Shown in pieces: positions 1 through 8,208 of a stretch of 39,184 bases of DNA. The notes below the pieces were generated by a model that saw nothing but the letters and a program-made list of their open reading frames with translations, ran no database searches and was not told the origin of the DNA. The first letter of the stretch is position 1. Every line of letters begins with the position of its first letter. Source of the stretch: a virus. The stretch lies in the UHGV virus genome UHGV-0103155; one strand, written 5' to 3'. A program made the translations under genes and the position numbers.

Positions 1-59
1 ATCTGATGAAAAGCGTGGGCAAAGCAGAAGAGAACAAATCGGACAGCTGGTTTAACTAA
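1..59 (+). CDS. 3' end of an unidentified host gene (left flank)
   Basis: Open frame from window edge to TAA near 57-59 (…KSDSWFN-stop), followed by a hairpin terminator; lies outside the att repeat. Confidence 0.3.
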   Translation, partial: LMKSVGKAEENKSDSWFN

Positions 60-97
60 GCGATGTCAGTAACTTCAAGCCTATGATTCGTGAGTAT

Positions 98-130
98 AAA
101 AAACCCTCTGTAGTAACAGAGGGTTTTGTT
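98..130. terminator. Bidirectional rho-independent terminator hairpin (CCCTCTG-loop-CAGAGGG) flanked by A and T runs; probable original guaA terminator
   Basis: Perfect 7-bp stem with A5 upstream and T-rich tract downstream; near-identical stem recurs at 39041-39070. Confidence 0.5.
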
Positions 131-150
131 CATTCATAGTGCAGGGTTCA

Positions 151-167
151 AATCATTCCCACTCAAT
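151..167. repeat. Left att core copy (AATCATTCCCACTCAAT)
   Basis: Exact 17-bp direct repeat of 39109-39125; contains reverse complement of guaA terminal codons. Confidence 0.6.
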
Positions 168-277
168 TATTTACGGATACCATAACCAATTGAGTGATAA
201 CATTTTTCCAAAGATGAATTTTTCTCGTACCGTTTTATATACCGTCACCGGAAATCAGTACCATGAAAAATGCCATG

Positions 278-760
278 CTATCTGGTCAGGGTGTCGTACT
301 GTTTTTCGCAGACTCTTCCGGCTTCGGCTGCCCGGTCAGCATACTCTGCCAGTTGTCTATTTCTCTCGAGAGATTTGCTGAACACGTCGGCAAGCAAAAC
401 TCCGGTGTCTGCGGCTGACGACCCAGCGCCGACAATGGCGTTATAGTGCCTGAGCTGCTCACGGATGGCAACGAGCTGTTGCTGCAACCGGCCAGCGCGA
501 GCGGCAGCATCAAGAGCATCATTGCGCGCCTGGTCGATCCTCTGCTGCGCTTCACGTTCATTGATCGATTTCTCCTGTTCGTAGTGCTGACGAATTCTCT
601 CATCTTCGGTTTTGCGGTCTTCTTTCGCCTGTGCATACCCAGCGTCGTACTGACGACTGCCGTGCACATTCCAGGCAACAACTCCTGATATGACCAGAAC
701 AGCAAGCACCGCCATGATAATCAACTGTTTACGGTATGCTTTTACGAATGACCAGATCAT
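278..760 (-). CDS. Rz-like i-spanin
   Basis: N-terminal TM segment then long charged Gln/Arg/Glu/Ala-rich coiled-coil region; directly downstream of endolysin. Confidence 0.7.
   Translation of the reverse strand: MIWSFVKAYRKQLIIMAVLAVLVISGVVAWNVHGSRQYDAGYAQAKEDRKTEDERIRQHYEQEKSINEREAQQRIDQARNDALDAAARAGRLQQQLVAIREQLRHYNAIVGAGSSAADTGVLLADVFSKSLERNRQLAEYADRAAEAGRVCEKQYDTLTR
286..561 (-). CDS. Rz1-like o-spanin (lipoprotein) in alternate frame within Rz
   Basis: Alternate-frame ORF with lipoprotein signal …MLPLALAGC and Pro/Ser-rich mature part; start placed at internal Met, uncertain. Confidence 0.5.
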   Translation of the reverse strand: MNVKRSRGSTRRAMMLLMLPLALAGCSNSSLPSVSSSGTITPLSALGRQPQTPEFCLPTCSANLSREIDNWQSMLTGQPKPEESAKNSTTP

Positions 761-1386
761 ACAGCCAGCACCTTACTGGCAGTGACGTACCGCGCGCGCC
801 GGTCGTCGATGCCATTCCTGCCACCATTGATAATCAGAGTTACACGTGCAATATCGCCGGTATACTTCATGCAACCTTTGCTGGAGAAGAACCACGCCGC
901 GCTACGAGCCGCGTATTCGTCCTGCGCCAACAGTTCAGGATTCTCCAGCAGGTCCACTTTCAGGCCGTTTCCGCAATCACGATAGTTATTCAAACCGGTA
1001 ATCTGGATAAGTCCGCGGCCACGGTAATTCCAGCCATCGCCGGGGGCATTGTTCCCCATGCGTTTGCTGTACACCAGATTGGCAATCGCTCGCTGGCGCT
1101 CGAGTGGCAATGGTGGTTCACCAGCATGGCGACCCAGTGCATTAGCCTGCCCCTGAGTGAGACGCCCAGCCCGAACGAAGTTAGCCAGTCCGCTGACACT
1201 GTAGTTGAAATTCTCCTGCAACCTGGTGAAGCCCCCAGACTCATGCCCGACTTGAGCAATAAACATTGCCTGATCTTCTGCTTTGCTGATACCAAACTCT
1301 TTCATCGCAGAAGTTATATGCGAGAACCAGCGTGCGGCCAGCGCCTCGCTAATACCAGCAGCTCGCTGGAATTGTTTAATCTCCAT
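757..1386 (-). CDS. Endolysin, glycoside hydrolase family 19 (chitinase-like lysozyme)
   Basis: Motifs [21 protein letters not shown] typical of GH19 phage endolysins; start set at internal ATG (MEIKQFQ…) preceded by GAGG. Confidence 0.85.
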   Translation of the reverse strand: MEIKQFQRAAGISEALAARWFSHITSAMKEFGISKAEDQAMFIAQVGHESGGFTRLQENFNYSVSGLANFVRAGRLTQGQANALGRHAGEPPLPLERQRAIANLVYSKRMGNNAPGDGWNYRGRGLIQITGLNNYRDCGNGLKVDLLENPELLAQDEYAARSAAWFFSSKGCMKYTGDIARVTLIINGGRNGIDDRRARYVTASKVLAV

Positions 1387-1684
1387 GTTTAGACCTCGAT
1401 ATTTTGAAAATCTGAACAACGTTACCGCGTGTTTTAATAACCGCGGCAAGCATGACAGCGTTGATAATGACCTCAGATAAATCCACAGCCATTGGCGTGC
1501 GTAACCAGATTGCATAGACGACACGAACAGGAATACTGGCCGCAGCAACAATAAGGAAATAAGCAAGCCACCCTCCCCATCTTCGATGTTGAGAGCCGTT
1601 ACGCCGGAATGTGACAACGCGAATTGCTATGCCAGTACAAATAACTGCATTGGTGATAAGCAAAAAAAACTCATGCGTTACCAT
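1376..1684 (-). CDS. Small membrane protein, holin/antiholin-like
   Basis: About 100 aa with three hydrophobic segments and charged C-terminus; overlaps endolysin start. Confidence 0.5.
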   Translation of the reverse strand: MVTHEFFLLITNAVICTGIAIRVVTFRRNGSQHRRWGGWLAYFLIVAAASIPVRVVYAIWLRTPMAVDLSEVIINAVMLAAVIKTRGNVVQIFKISRSKHGD

Positions 1685-2084
1685 CGTCTTTTCTCCCCGG
1701 AATTAAATCGCGTGGATTGTCTGAACGGTGGTAGAGCCATATACCAATACGCACAGCGACAATTGCTGACACGAATGCGCCAGCAGAGAAAACAATCCCT
1801 TTTTCAAAAGAGTCCTGCGTGATGGTAGGGATCAGGCTGGCTATGCCGATAAGAATTGATGCTGCTGGTTTGTAGAAAAGAAGTCCACAGAGAAAGCTAA
1901 GCATCGATAAGAGTACGCGACGATGAATTGGGTACTCTACCGCAGAGGTAACAAAAATTACCGCACCAGCAAGAGCACCGAGCGCCACCTCTGGCGGAAC
2001 GCCTACGATAACTGCAGCAAGAGAGCTCACACTAAGCCATTGATTTAAAGAATCAGTAGTTAGATGGGCTGACATAATGAACAC
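1671..2084 (-). CDS. Small polytopic membrane protein, holin-like
   Basis: About 135 aa, four hydrophobic helices, charged C-terminal tail; between tailspike and endolysin. Confidence 0.5.
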   Translation of the reverse strand: MFIMSAHLTTDSLNQWLSVSSLAAVIVGVPPEVALGALAGAVIFVTSAVEYPIHRRVLLSMLSFLCGLLFYKPAASILIGIASLIPTITQDSFEKGIVFSAGAFVSAIVAVRIGIWLYHRSDNPRDLIPGRKDDGNA

Positions 2085-2304
2085 CGTTTATTACGCATAA
2101 CAATCTCCTTACTATTGAAGATTCACACATAATAAACCATTTAAGGATAATAGTTACCTCAAAACGCTGTATTTCTACCTTCTACGGCAATGAAAATTTC
2201 GTTCAGAAAATGGTCTAGTGTACCTCTCAGTCACAATTAAAGAAGAAAGAAGCCGAACTTACTTCGTAATAAGCAAGCCGGCTACTAAGATTAATCCTCA
2301 ATAT

Positions 2305-5061
2305 TTAGCTACTTTCAAGCATTGCAAGACGTGATTCTATTTTTTCGATTCTTCTACGCAAATAAGCTGACTCAAGCCATAAACACTGGTCAGTACGGAT
2401 ACCCCACCTATTTCCAGCATTGCAAACCAGAGTTCGCTCTTCTGTTTCGTATTCTTCTTCCATCTCAATTTCGACGCCATCCACAACTTTAGTGATCATC
2501 CTTACCGCCATCACTGGCGCGTATTTATCATCCCATTCATCGTAACAGAGAAGGCCAAATCTGGTTCCATCAATCCCATGCGCGAGGAAAGTGTCTCTCA
2601 CTTGTTGTGCTATAACACCAAAATGCCAGCGGGCACCATCTCCCTTTTCCCTGACGGCATCAAGCCAGCGAAAAGCTACAATCCTGATATCTCCCCATGC
2701 ATCCAGAATTGCATCACCTTCATAACCACGAGACATATACAAGCTGAGCTCACTTGTACTAATCGGTTCACTTTTTTCTCTACCATCTGATGTGTTTATC
2801 GAACCGTTCGCAGAATAAACCTGTGCCCATCTAAATGATGGTGCACCAAGAGATTTGCTGTTATCAATAATTGGTGAAAAATTACCTTTAATGGCAATAT
2901 TTCCAGAGTCGCCGAATATATTAATAACTGCAGAGTCATCACCATGGTTTTTTACGCTTAAGTTTCTTGATGAAATATTTATATCTTTGTTATATCCACT
3001 AACATTAATCCATCTTTTACCATCAATGTGATACCCGTAAATATTTCCGTCTGATTGTTCGTCAGGTGACTCTCTAAGAACAATAGCATCTGCTCCAGAC
3101 GACCATTGTATTTTTGTATCTGTAGGCCTCCAGTTCTTTATAATGAACGAACCATCAGTAAACTCCGTTTTTATTTGTCTATTGTCTACAAATGCGTCTC
3201 TTGGTTTAAACTCACTTGTGTTAACGCTGCTCTGAAGATCAGAAGCAAAAAATCTAAGATTTCCTGTATAACCCTGAGTCTCGGTCAGGTTATACGCAAT
3301 CATAATTCCATTTTCAAACTCAGATGATGTTATTTTAACATCACGGCAATCACCAAAAATGCAATTTCCTTTATCAAATGTTGTTTGAGCTTTGAATTTA
3401 TCAAACCTTAAATTACGAACAGGGAAACCATCAACCTCTAATGCAAAGGATGCAGGAAGGCCAAAGTATTCTGATGGCTTACCTGATGTATGATCAAGAG
3501 TAGTGGCTACTGTATTCTCAAAAACAGTCCCGCTAAAATTATTACCAATTGACGGAAACCTGATTACACTTATTGTACCTTGTATTTCAGGAGAAATACC
3601 AGATAGTGTGATGTTAGCTCCATCAAATGATGCATCTGAATACGTATATACTGATTCACTGCCAGCAATTTTAAACTGTTTAACTGAAGTTATTCTCATC
3701 GACTTTTTATGTTTAAATGTCACTGAGCTTTCAGTATTACTTACAAGATCAATCTGAGGGCTATTCCTTATCGCGATCCCTGACTGGACATAAACGTTAT
3801 TAAAGTGCGTTTTTTCAGGATTTCCCTTCATTGAAAGGCTCCCGTCATTTTCTGTCAGTAGTAGTCCTTTTACCCTCCAATAGCCGACAATCTGTACGTT
3901 ATCAATAACTGAATCACAGCTATCGTATACATGCAACCCTATATCCCAGTCATCACCCAATGAATAAGAATCAGGGTTATTGTATCCTTCAATACCATTT
4001 TTACTTACCATTATTCTCAGGTTGCGTAACTGTGATGCCCTGTTGATACTAACAGCTACGCTCATGGCTTTTGGTGTAGCAGGAGTAACACCTACAGAAT
4101 CTTCATTTGTAAACTCAGTGAACTTACAAGATATCCCTTCAACAATTTTAACTGGTCTTTCATTAGAGATGTTAAAAAAATATTTGTTTTTTTCTCCATC
4201 ACCAGTAAATACAAGATGGGTTCCTTTACTCCAACTTTTTAATAATCTTTCAGGCGCTGGTCTATATGTATCCCAATAATCAATGCCATCACCAATTAAA
4301 GACACTCCAGGAGGCACATCTATGTTCTTAGAAATCATCCATTTACCTGCAGGTATTCTAACGACACTTGCACCAGAATTTATCGCATTAATTAACCATT
4401 CAGACGCATCAACTTCAAAATTTAATGCAGCATATCTTTGCTCAAACGGAACAAAATCAAGAGCGTTAACGTTATCCCGCATCTTATCCTGGAACGTTCG
4501 GTATACTGCTCCAGAACCATACTGAATAAACCAACCAAAACCACCAACAACTCCGGCGATTGCAGCATCAACATAATTGCGCATTGATCGATTATTTACA
4601 GCATCCTGCTCAAGTGATGGATCTGCAAGGTTAGAAATTTTGTTTTGCTTTGCATCGTAATATTTTGCAAGCAAAGATGGTTTCATCAATGCACGTCTGA
4701 ACCATCCAAAACATTGCTGGATCAGCATCGTCAGGTAGTCAAAGGCATCTTCATGCACTTCGGGGAAAAATTTCCCCTGATTGCGAAGGTCTGTCTCCTG
4801 CACCACATCAAGCACACGATCTATCGTAATTCGCCAGCCAGCAGCAAGCGGAGACGGAAGAACCACTGAACCGCCACTATAAGTGCCCGCCCCAGTTACC
4901 GTATAACCGGTATCCAGAACCAATTCTGTTACGTTCCCGTTCAGGTCAGACACCTGAACAACCAGGTCGGATTTTTTGAAAATACGGAAGGTATACGGAA
5001 ATGATGTCGTAGCGCCGTTACCGGTGTATTCGTTGTGGTCAACTTCGGTTGAGACCGTCAT
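2305..5061 (-). CDS. Tailspike/tail fiber receptor-binding protein with C-terminal intramolecular-chaperone-like domain
   Basis: 918 aa; N-terminal virion-anchoring type segment (…YTGNGATTSFPYTF…), long Ser/Thr/Gly/Asn-rich central region, C-terminal about 160 aa beginning SDGREK. Confidence 0.8.
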   Translation of the reverse strand: MTVSTEVDHNEYTGNGATTSFPYTFRIFKKSDLVVQVSDLNGNVTELVLDTGYTVTGAGTYSGGSVVLPSPLAAGWRITIDRVLDVVQETDLRNQGKFFPEVHEDAFDYLTMLIQQCFGWFRRALMKPSLLAKYYDAKQNKISNLADPSLEQDAVNNRSMRNYVDAAIAGVVGGFGWFIQYGSGAVYRTFQDKMRDNVNALDFVPFEQRYAALNFEVDASEWLINAINSGASVVRIPAGKWMISKNIDVPPGVSLIGDGIDYWDTYRPAPERLLKSWSKGTHLVFTGDGEKNKYFFNISNERPVKIVEGISCKFTEFTNEDSVGVTPATPKAMSVAVSINRASQLRNLRIMVSKNGIEGYNNPDSYSLGDDWDIGLHVYDSCDSVIDNVQIVGYWRVKGLLLTENDGSLSMKGNPEKTHFNNVYVQSGIAIRNSPQIDLVSNTESSVTFKHKKSMRITSVKQFKIAGSESVYTYSDASFDGANITLSGISPEIQGTISVIRFPSIGNNFSGTVFENTVATTLDHTSGKPSEYFGLPASFALEVDGFPVRNLRFDKFKAQTTFDKGNCIFGDCRDVKITSSEFENGIMIAYNLTETQGYTGNLRFFASDLQSSVNTSEFKPRDAFVDNRQIKTEFTDGSFIIKNWRPTDTKIQWSSGADAIVLRESPDEQSDGNIYGYHIDGKRWINVSGYNKDINISSRNLSVKNHGDDSAVINIFGDSGNIAIKGNFSPIIDNSKSLGAPSFRWAQVYSANGSINTSDGREKSEPISTSELSLYMSRGYEGDAILDAWGDIRIVAFRWLDAVREKGDGARWHFGVIAQQVRDTFLAHGIDGTRFGLLCYDEWDDKYAPVMAVRMITKVVDGVEIEMEEEYETEERTLVCNAGNRWGIRTDQCLWLESAYLRRRIEKIESRLAMLESS

Positions 5062-5165
5062 GTTAAATCTCCAGATAGTCGCAGCACCCGTTGCGCCGCA
5101 TATCTGGTTATTCTATTACCTGAAAAACCACATATGGATAGAAAGACTGTAAATACGAATAGATA

Positions 5166-5180
5166 TTACCTTTCGGGTAA
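5166..5180. promoter_or_regulatory. Palindromic operator-like site TTACCTTTCGGGTAA
   Basis: Perfect TTACC-N5-GGTAA upstream of LexA box and small antirepressor-type gene. Confidence 0.45.
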
Positions 5181-5217
5181 TTTGCAAAACGTGCTGGATA
5201 GCAAACAAATTATTTGC

Positions 5218-5237
5218 TACTGTATAAATATACAGTT
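5218..5237. promoter_or_regulatory. LexA box (TACTGTATAAATATACAGTT)
   Basis: CTGT-N8-ACAG with AT-rich spacer, near-consensus SOS box, about 20 bp upstream of the ATG at 5257. Confidence 0.7.
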
Positions 5238-5256
5238 ATTACATGGAGAAGATAAG

Positions 5257-5514
5257 ATGCAGCAGTATCACTATCCACTGGAAGACGGATTTACCGAAAG
5301 GATTCACACGCCGGGAGGCGTCAGGTCACTGGTGGAGGGATCGCACTTGATGAAATTACTCCGGGATCTCGATAAGGATGGATTTAATGTCGATGGCCCA
5401 CTTGCCGAACTGACTGCACTGATTAACTACGTCACCAGCTCACAGATGTCTATGCAGGATCTACAAACACATCTCGACTATTGTGCCGAACAATTACGAA
5501 AACAAACCAGATAA
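5257..5514 (+). CDS. Small antirepressor-type protein (C-terminal domain of the downstream antirepressor alone; Tum/Gifsy-antirepressor-like context)
   Basis: 85 aa from internal ATG; clearly similar to the C-terminus of the 5830-6540 product; LexA box immediately upstream. Confidence 0.55.
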   Translation: MQQYHYPLEDGFTERIHTPGGVRSLVEGSHLMKLLRDLDKDGFNVDGPLAELTALINYVTSSQMSMQDLQTHLDYCAEQLRKQTR

Positions 5515-5545
5515 GGTTTGCAATTACCAAGTGGAGTGCTTATAT

Positions 5546-5560
5546 TTACCTTTGAGGTAA
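5546..5560. promoter_or_regulatory. Palindromic operator-like site TTACCTTTGAGGTAA
   Basis: Perfect TTACC-N5-GGTAA, itself flanked by inverted repeat GGAGTGC/GCACTCC. Confidence 0.45.
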
Positions 5561-5651
5561 ATTTACAACGCACTCCTCTTATGCCATAGTAATCGGGCAC
5601 TGGCAAAATCCAGTGCCGGGATTGGCGTCCCGGGTTACTAAGTGGCGCATA

Positions 5652-5680
5652 CCACGCCAGACGTGGTTTTTTTATGCGTT
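5652..5680 (+). terminator. Rho-independent terminator
   Basis: Stem ACCACG/CGTGGT with 5-nt loop followed by T7-8 run, after the small antirepressor gene. Confidence 0.6.
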
Positions 5681-5829
5681 AAGCACAGCTATATCCGAAT
5701 TATGGTGGGCTGGGCAGGGGTCCGAAAGGACGCCGGTACCACTTAGGCCGGTACGCCAACCTTGTCCAGTTCACCACCAGTAATTGGCGTTGCGGTGGTG
5801 ATTAAAATCACTAAGTGGAGATAACCACC

Positions 5830-6540
5830 ATGGCTAATGCTCAAACTGCCATCTTCAAATTTGAATCTGTTAACCCTATCCGTTCCATCATTATCGATGG
5901 CCAACCATGGTTTGTAGCCCAAGACGTTTGTAGTGCGCTGCGTATCCAAAACGTCACCCAAGCACTTGAAAAACTGGATGATGATGAAAGGTCTATGTTC
6001 AACATAGGGCATGAACATCGTGCAATTTTTGACAGCCGAGTAAAAGAGATCAACATCATCTCCGAGTCAGGCCTCTACACACTGATCCTCCGCTGCCGCG
6101 ACGCAGTGACACCAGGCACTATCCCCTACCGCTTTCGTAAATGGGTTACAGGTGAGGTTCTTCCTCAGATCCGCCGCACCGGAAGTTACATTAAAAACTC
6201 GCTCCCGCAGGAAGAACGCATAAAGATGGTTGCCGACCAGGTAGCCAACGCCACGGCGTCAGCAGTAATGCAGGCGATGAAGATAGAGAACAAAACCTAC
6301 AGCGCCCCGCTGAAGCCCGGCTACCGCAGCCTGATTCACTCGCCGTCTGGTGTTCTCGGCCTGACGGAGAACTCACTGCTGATGAATCTGCTGAACCAGT
6401 TACAGGACGACGGGCACGACGTATCGGGCGCGGCGGCGGAGCTGACCACCATGTTCTGCTACATCGTCGGTGTGAGTAAATGCCTGCGTGATATCCAGAC
6501 CCACGCGGAATACATCAACGACAAAGCAGGGTTCTTCTGA
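5830..6540 (+). CDS. Antirepressor, Bro-N domain family with Ant-like C-terminal domain
   Basis: N-terminal region resembles Bro-N/phage antirepressor domains; C-terminal domain paralogous to 5257-5514; GGAG before ATG. Confidence 0.75.
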   Translation: MANAQTAIFKFESVNPIRSIIIDGQPWFVAQDVCSALRIQNVTQALEKLDDDERSMFNIGHEHRAIFDSRVKEINIISESGLYTLILRCRDAVTPGTIPYRFRKWVTGEVLPQIRRTGSYIKNSLPQEERIKMVADQVANATASAVMQAMKIENKTYSAPLKPGYRSLIHSPSGVLGLTENSLLMNLLNQLQDDGHDVSGAAAELTTMFCYIVGVSKCLRDIQTHAEYINDKAGFF

Positions 6541-6610
6541 CAGCGGCGGCACAGGGATGTGCCTTTAAATAATTCTGTACGATTGCAGACTGGGGGTGAA
6601 TAGCGTACTA

Positions 6611-6625
6611 TTACCTCAAGGGTAA
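6611..6625. promoter_or_regulatory. Palindromic operator-like site TTACCTCAAGGGTAA
   Basis: Perfect TTACC-N5-GGTAA about 60 bp upstream of the 6685 start. Confidence 0.45.
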
Positions 6626-6684
6626 GAAAGCATTTTTAATCTTCCCTTCAAAACGCGTCCTGTAGCCAAACATGGGAGGACGAA

Positions 6685-7317
6685 ATGAGAACAAATACAA
6701 CAAGAAAAGCGATGCCATACATTATCCCAGAAGCAGATTTCGATAGAAAACTGAACATGTCTGAGAAGAACACTAGTCACACCGAAAGCTACTTAGCGAA
6801 AGGTGTGGTTGATTTCGTTCTTCCGGGATTCACAACACCTTATGGTTATCGCCTTGTAAAATCTTGTAATGGCGATCATTACAGAATGATTACTACCAGC
6901 GATACTCCAGAAACGGTGTATGCGGTTAAGTTAATCTTTCGGGAAGATATCGTCGAAGCCAAAAGAACATGTACGCAGATCATGGTATGGCGTACGCCTA
7001 ATGTTATTCATGACCGTGCTGTTCATGGTTTGCCTCAGATTTTTTTTCAGTTCTTCCTAGAGCAATATGCGATCGTTGTATCTGATGAGCAACAAACAAT
7101 CGATGGGAGAAGATTCTGGGAAAGAATGATTTCTTGGGCTATAAACACCCCAGGATATAATGTATACGTTTCAGATGGCTCTGAAGAAGATAGACCTCTT
7201 AGCTTCATGACATCATGGGATGATTTCTATAGCCAGTGGGCTGATTTCTGTTGGGGCAGTGATAAAGATGTGCATACCCACAGACTACTGGTTATAAGCA
7301 AAGATAAACTGCATTAA
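6685..7317 (+). CDS. Hypothetical protein, AT-rich single-gene cargo (moron)
   Basis: 210-aa ORF with strong GGAGGA RBS, own upstream operator-like site and downstream terminator; Trp/Phe/Tyr-rich; no family recognised. Confidence 0.6.
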   Translation: MRTNTTRKAMPYIIPEADFDRKLNMSEKNTSHTESYLAKGVVDFVLPGFTTPYGYRLVKSCNGDHYRMITTSDTPETVYAVKLIFREDIVEAKRTCTQIMVWRTPNVIHDRAVHGLPQIFFQFFLEQYAIVVSDEQQTIDGRRFWERMISWAINTPGYNVYVSDGSEEDRPLSFMTSWDDFYSQWADFCWGSDKDVHTHRLLVISKDKLH

Positions 7318-7320
7318 TAG

Positions 7321-7345
7321 AAGCCCGCAGCGCGGGCTTTTTTGT
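7321..7345 (+). terminator. Rho-independent terminator
   Basis: Stem AGCCCGC/GCGGGCT then TTTTTTG. Confidence 0.6.
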
Positions 7346-7415
7346 GGACGAAACAAAAGTCAGTGCTACACTCATTGACGCCACATTGAGGTGGCTTATA
7401 GATGGAAATTTCACA

Positions 7416-7577
7416 ATGAAAAAAGCATTTGCTGCACTGTTCGTTTTGTTGTCTCTGGTAGCTTCAACTCAGGCCTTTGCCGGTCGTTGTCAGCACGACA
7501 GCGACACTGCTGCTGACGGCTCCCGCTGCGGTGGGCGTTCTGCGGATTCCCGCCCGGGTGGCGGTGGCATTCGTTAA
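7416..7577 (+). CDS. Small secreted peptide (53 aa, signal peptide plus about 31-aa Gly/Ser/Asp-rich mature part with 2 Cys)
   Basis: Internal ATG (MKKAFAALFVLLSLVASTQAFA…) with classical signal peptide; possible promoter TTGACG upstream; small-ORF call is tentative. Confidence 0.35.
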   Translation: MKKAFAALFVLLSLVASTQAFAGRCQHDSDTAADGSRCGGRSADSRPGGGGIR

Positions 7578-7579
7578 AA

Positions 7580-7598
7580 ACAAGGCCGCGAAAGCGGC
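7580..7598 (-). terminator. Hairpin GGCCGC-GAAA-GCGGCC with T-run on minus strand
   Basis: Perfect 6-bp GC stem; T-rich tract follows in minus-strand orientation, downstream of lipoprotein gene. Confidence 0.5.
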
Positions 7599-7600
7599 CT

Positions 7601-7612
7601 GTGACATGTCAC
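7601..7612. promoter_or_regulatory. 12-bp perfect palindrome GTGACATGTCAC (copy 1 of 3)
   Basis: Exact sequence also at about 25278 and 27542; sits where plus-strand cargo genes converge on the minus-strand lipoprotein gene end. Confidence 0.5.
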
Positions 7613-7989
7613 GCAACGCAATTATTACCGCGCCATGTAACATTTTTAATAATCTTATCAGCACCAAACTCAACGTAAACAGAGCAACTGAAATGGAGTG
7701 TATAACCGCCATCAGTTGTTGCGTATGTGTTTGAATATATAGTATTACCAATTAGATTAGACGTAGTATTATACGTTGTGGTTTGTGGTACGTTATAACT
7801 ACCAGAGCTTGAGTAAACATACACTCTGTTTCCATCTGGAGATGTAAGCTCTCCCTGAGGATACCCCCACTGCTGAACCATTGCGTCTATACTCTGCCCG
7901 CGCCACGTAAGCATATTTCTTTCAAACTGTGCAGCTGACTGGCATCCAACGAGAAGCATAAATCCAAAAATCAAAAATACTTTTCTCAT
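7609..7989 (-). CDS. Lipoprotein, function unknown (possible surface-modifying or superinfection-exclusion cargo)
   Basis: Signal peptide with lipobox LLVGC (MRKVFLIFGFMLLVGC…); Thr/Ser/Asn/Tyr-rich mature region; AT-rich gene. Confidence 0.6.
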   Translation of the reverse strand: MRKVFLIFGFMLLVGCQSAAQFERNMLTWRGQSIDAMVQQWGYPQGELTSPDGNRVYVYSSSGSYNVPQTTTYNTTSNLIGNTIYSNTYATTDGGYTLHFSCSVYVEFGADKIIKNVTWRGNNCVA

Positions 7990-8208
7990 AATTACCCCTA
8001 TCATGGAAAAACAGCACCAATCCACAAATTAACTAGTTATTTTATTATTCTTCCGAACAATACAATTCCGAATACTACAAAGCCGAACCATGCCGCTGCA
8101 CGCAACAGAGATTCCAATTGAAACCCATTTTTATCAAAATGTATGAATAGCATAAAAACGCTGCACATATTAGTACAATAAAAGTTATTTGAACCATCAT
8201 ATCTCCTT

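Noticed and set aside
139-381. 80-aa plus-strand ORF spanning the left att junction
   Set aside because: Crosses the host/phage boundary, starts with a non-ATG codon, and overlaps the Rz/Rz1 region on the opposite strand; most likely a chance ORF
446-1480. Several plus-strand ORFs (446-688, 736-1392, 782-985, 1283-1480) antisense to Rz and endolysin
   Set aside because: Lie antisense to well-supported lysis genes, lack RBSs and have low-complexity or implausible composition
2578-4869. Multiple 70-100-aa plus-strand ORFs inside the tailspike gene
   Set aside because: Antisense to a long, coherent 918-aa tailspike ORF; typical shadow ORFs
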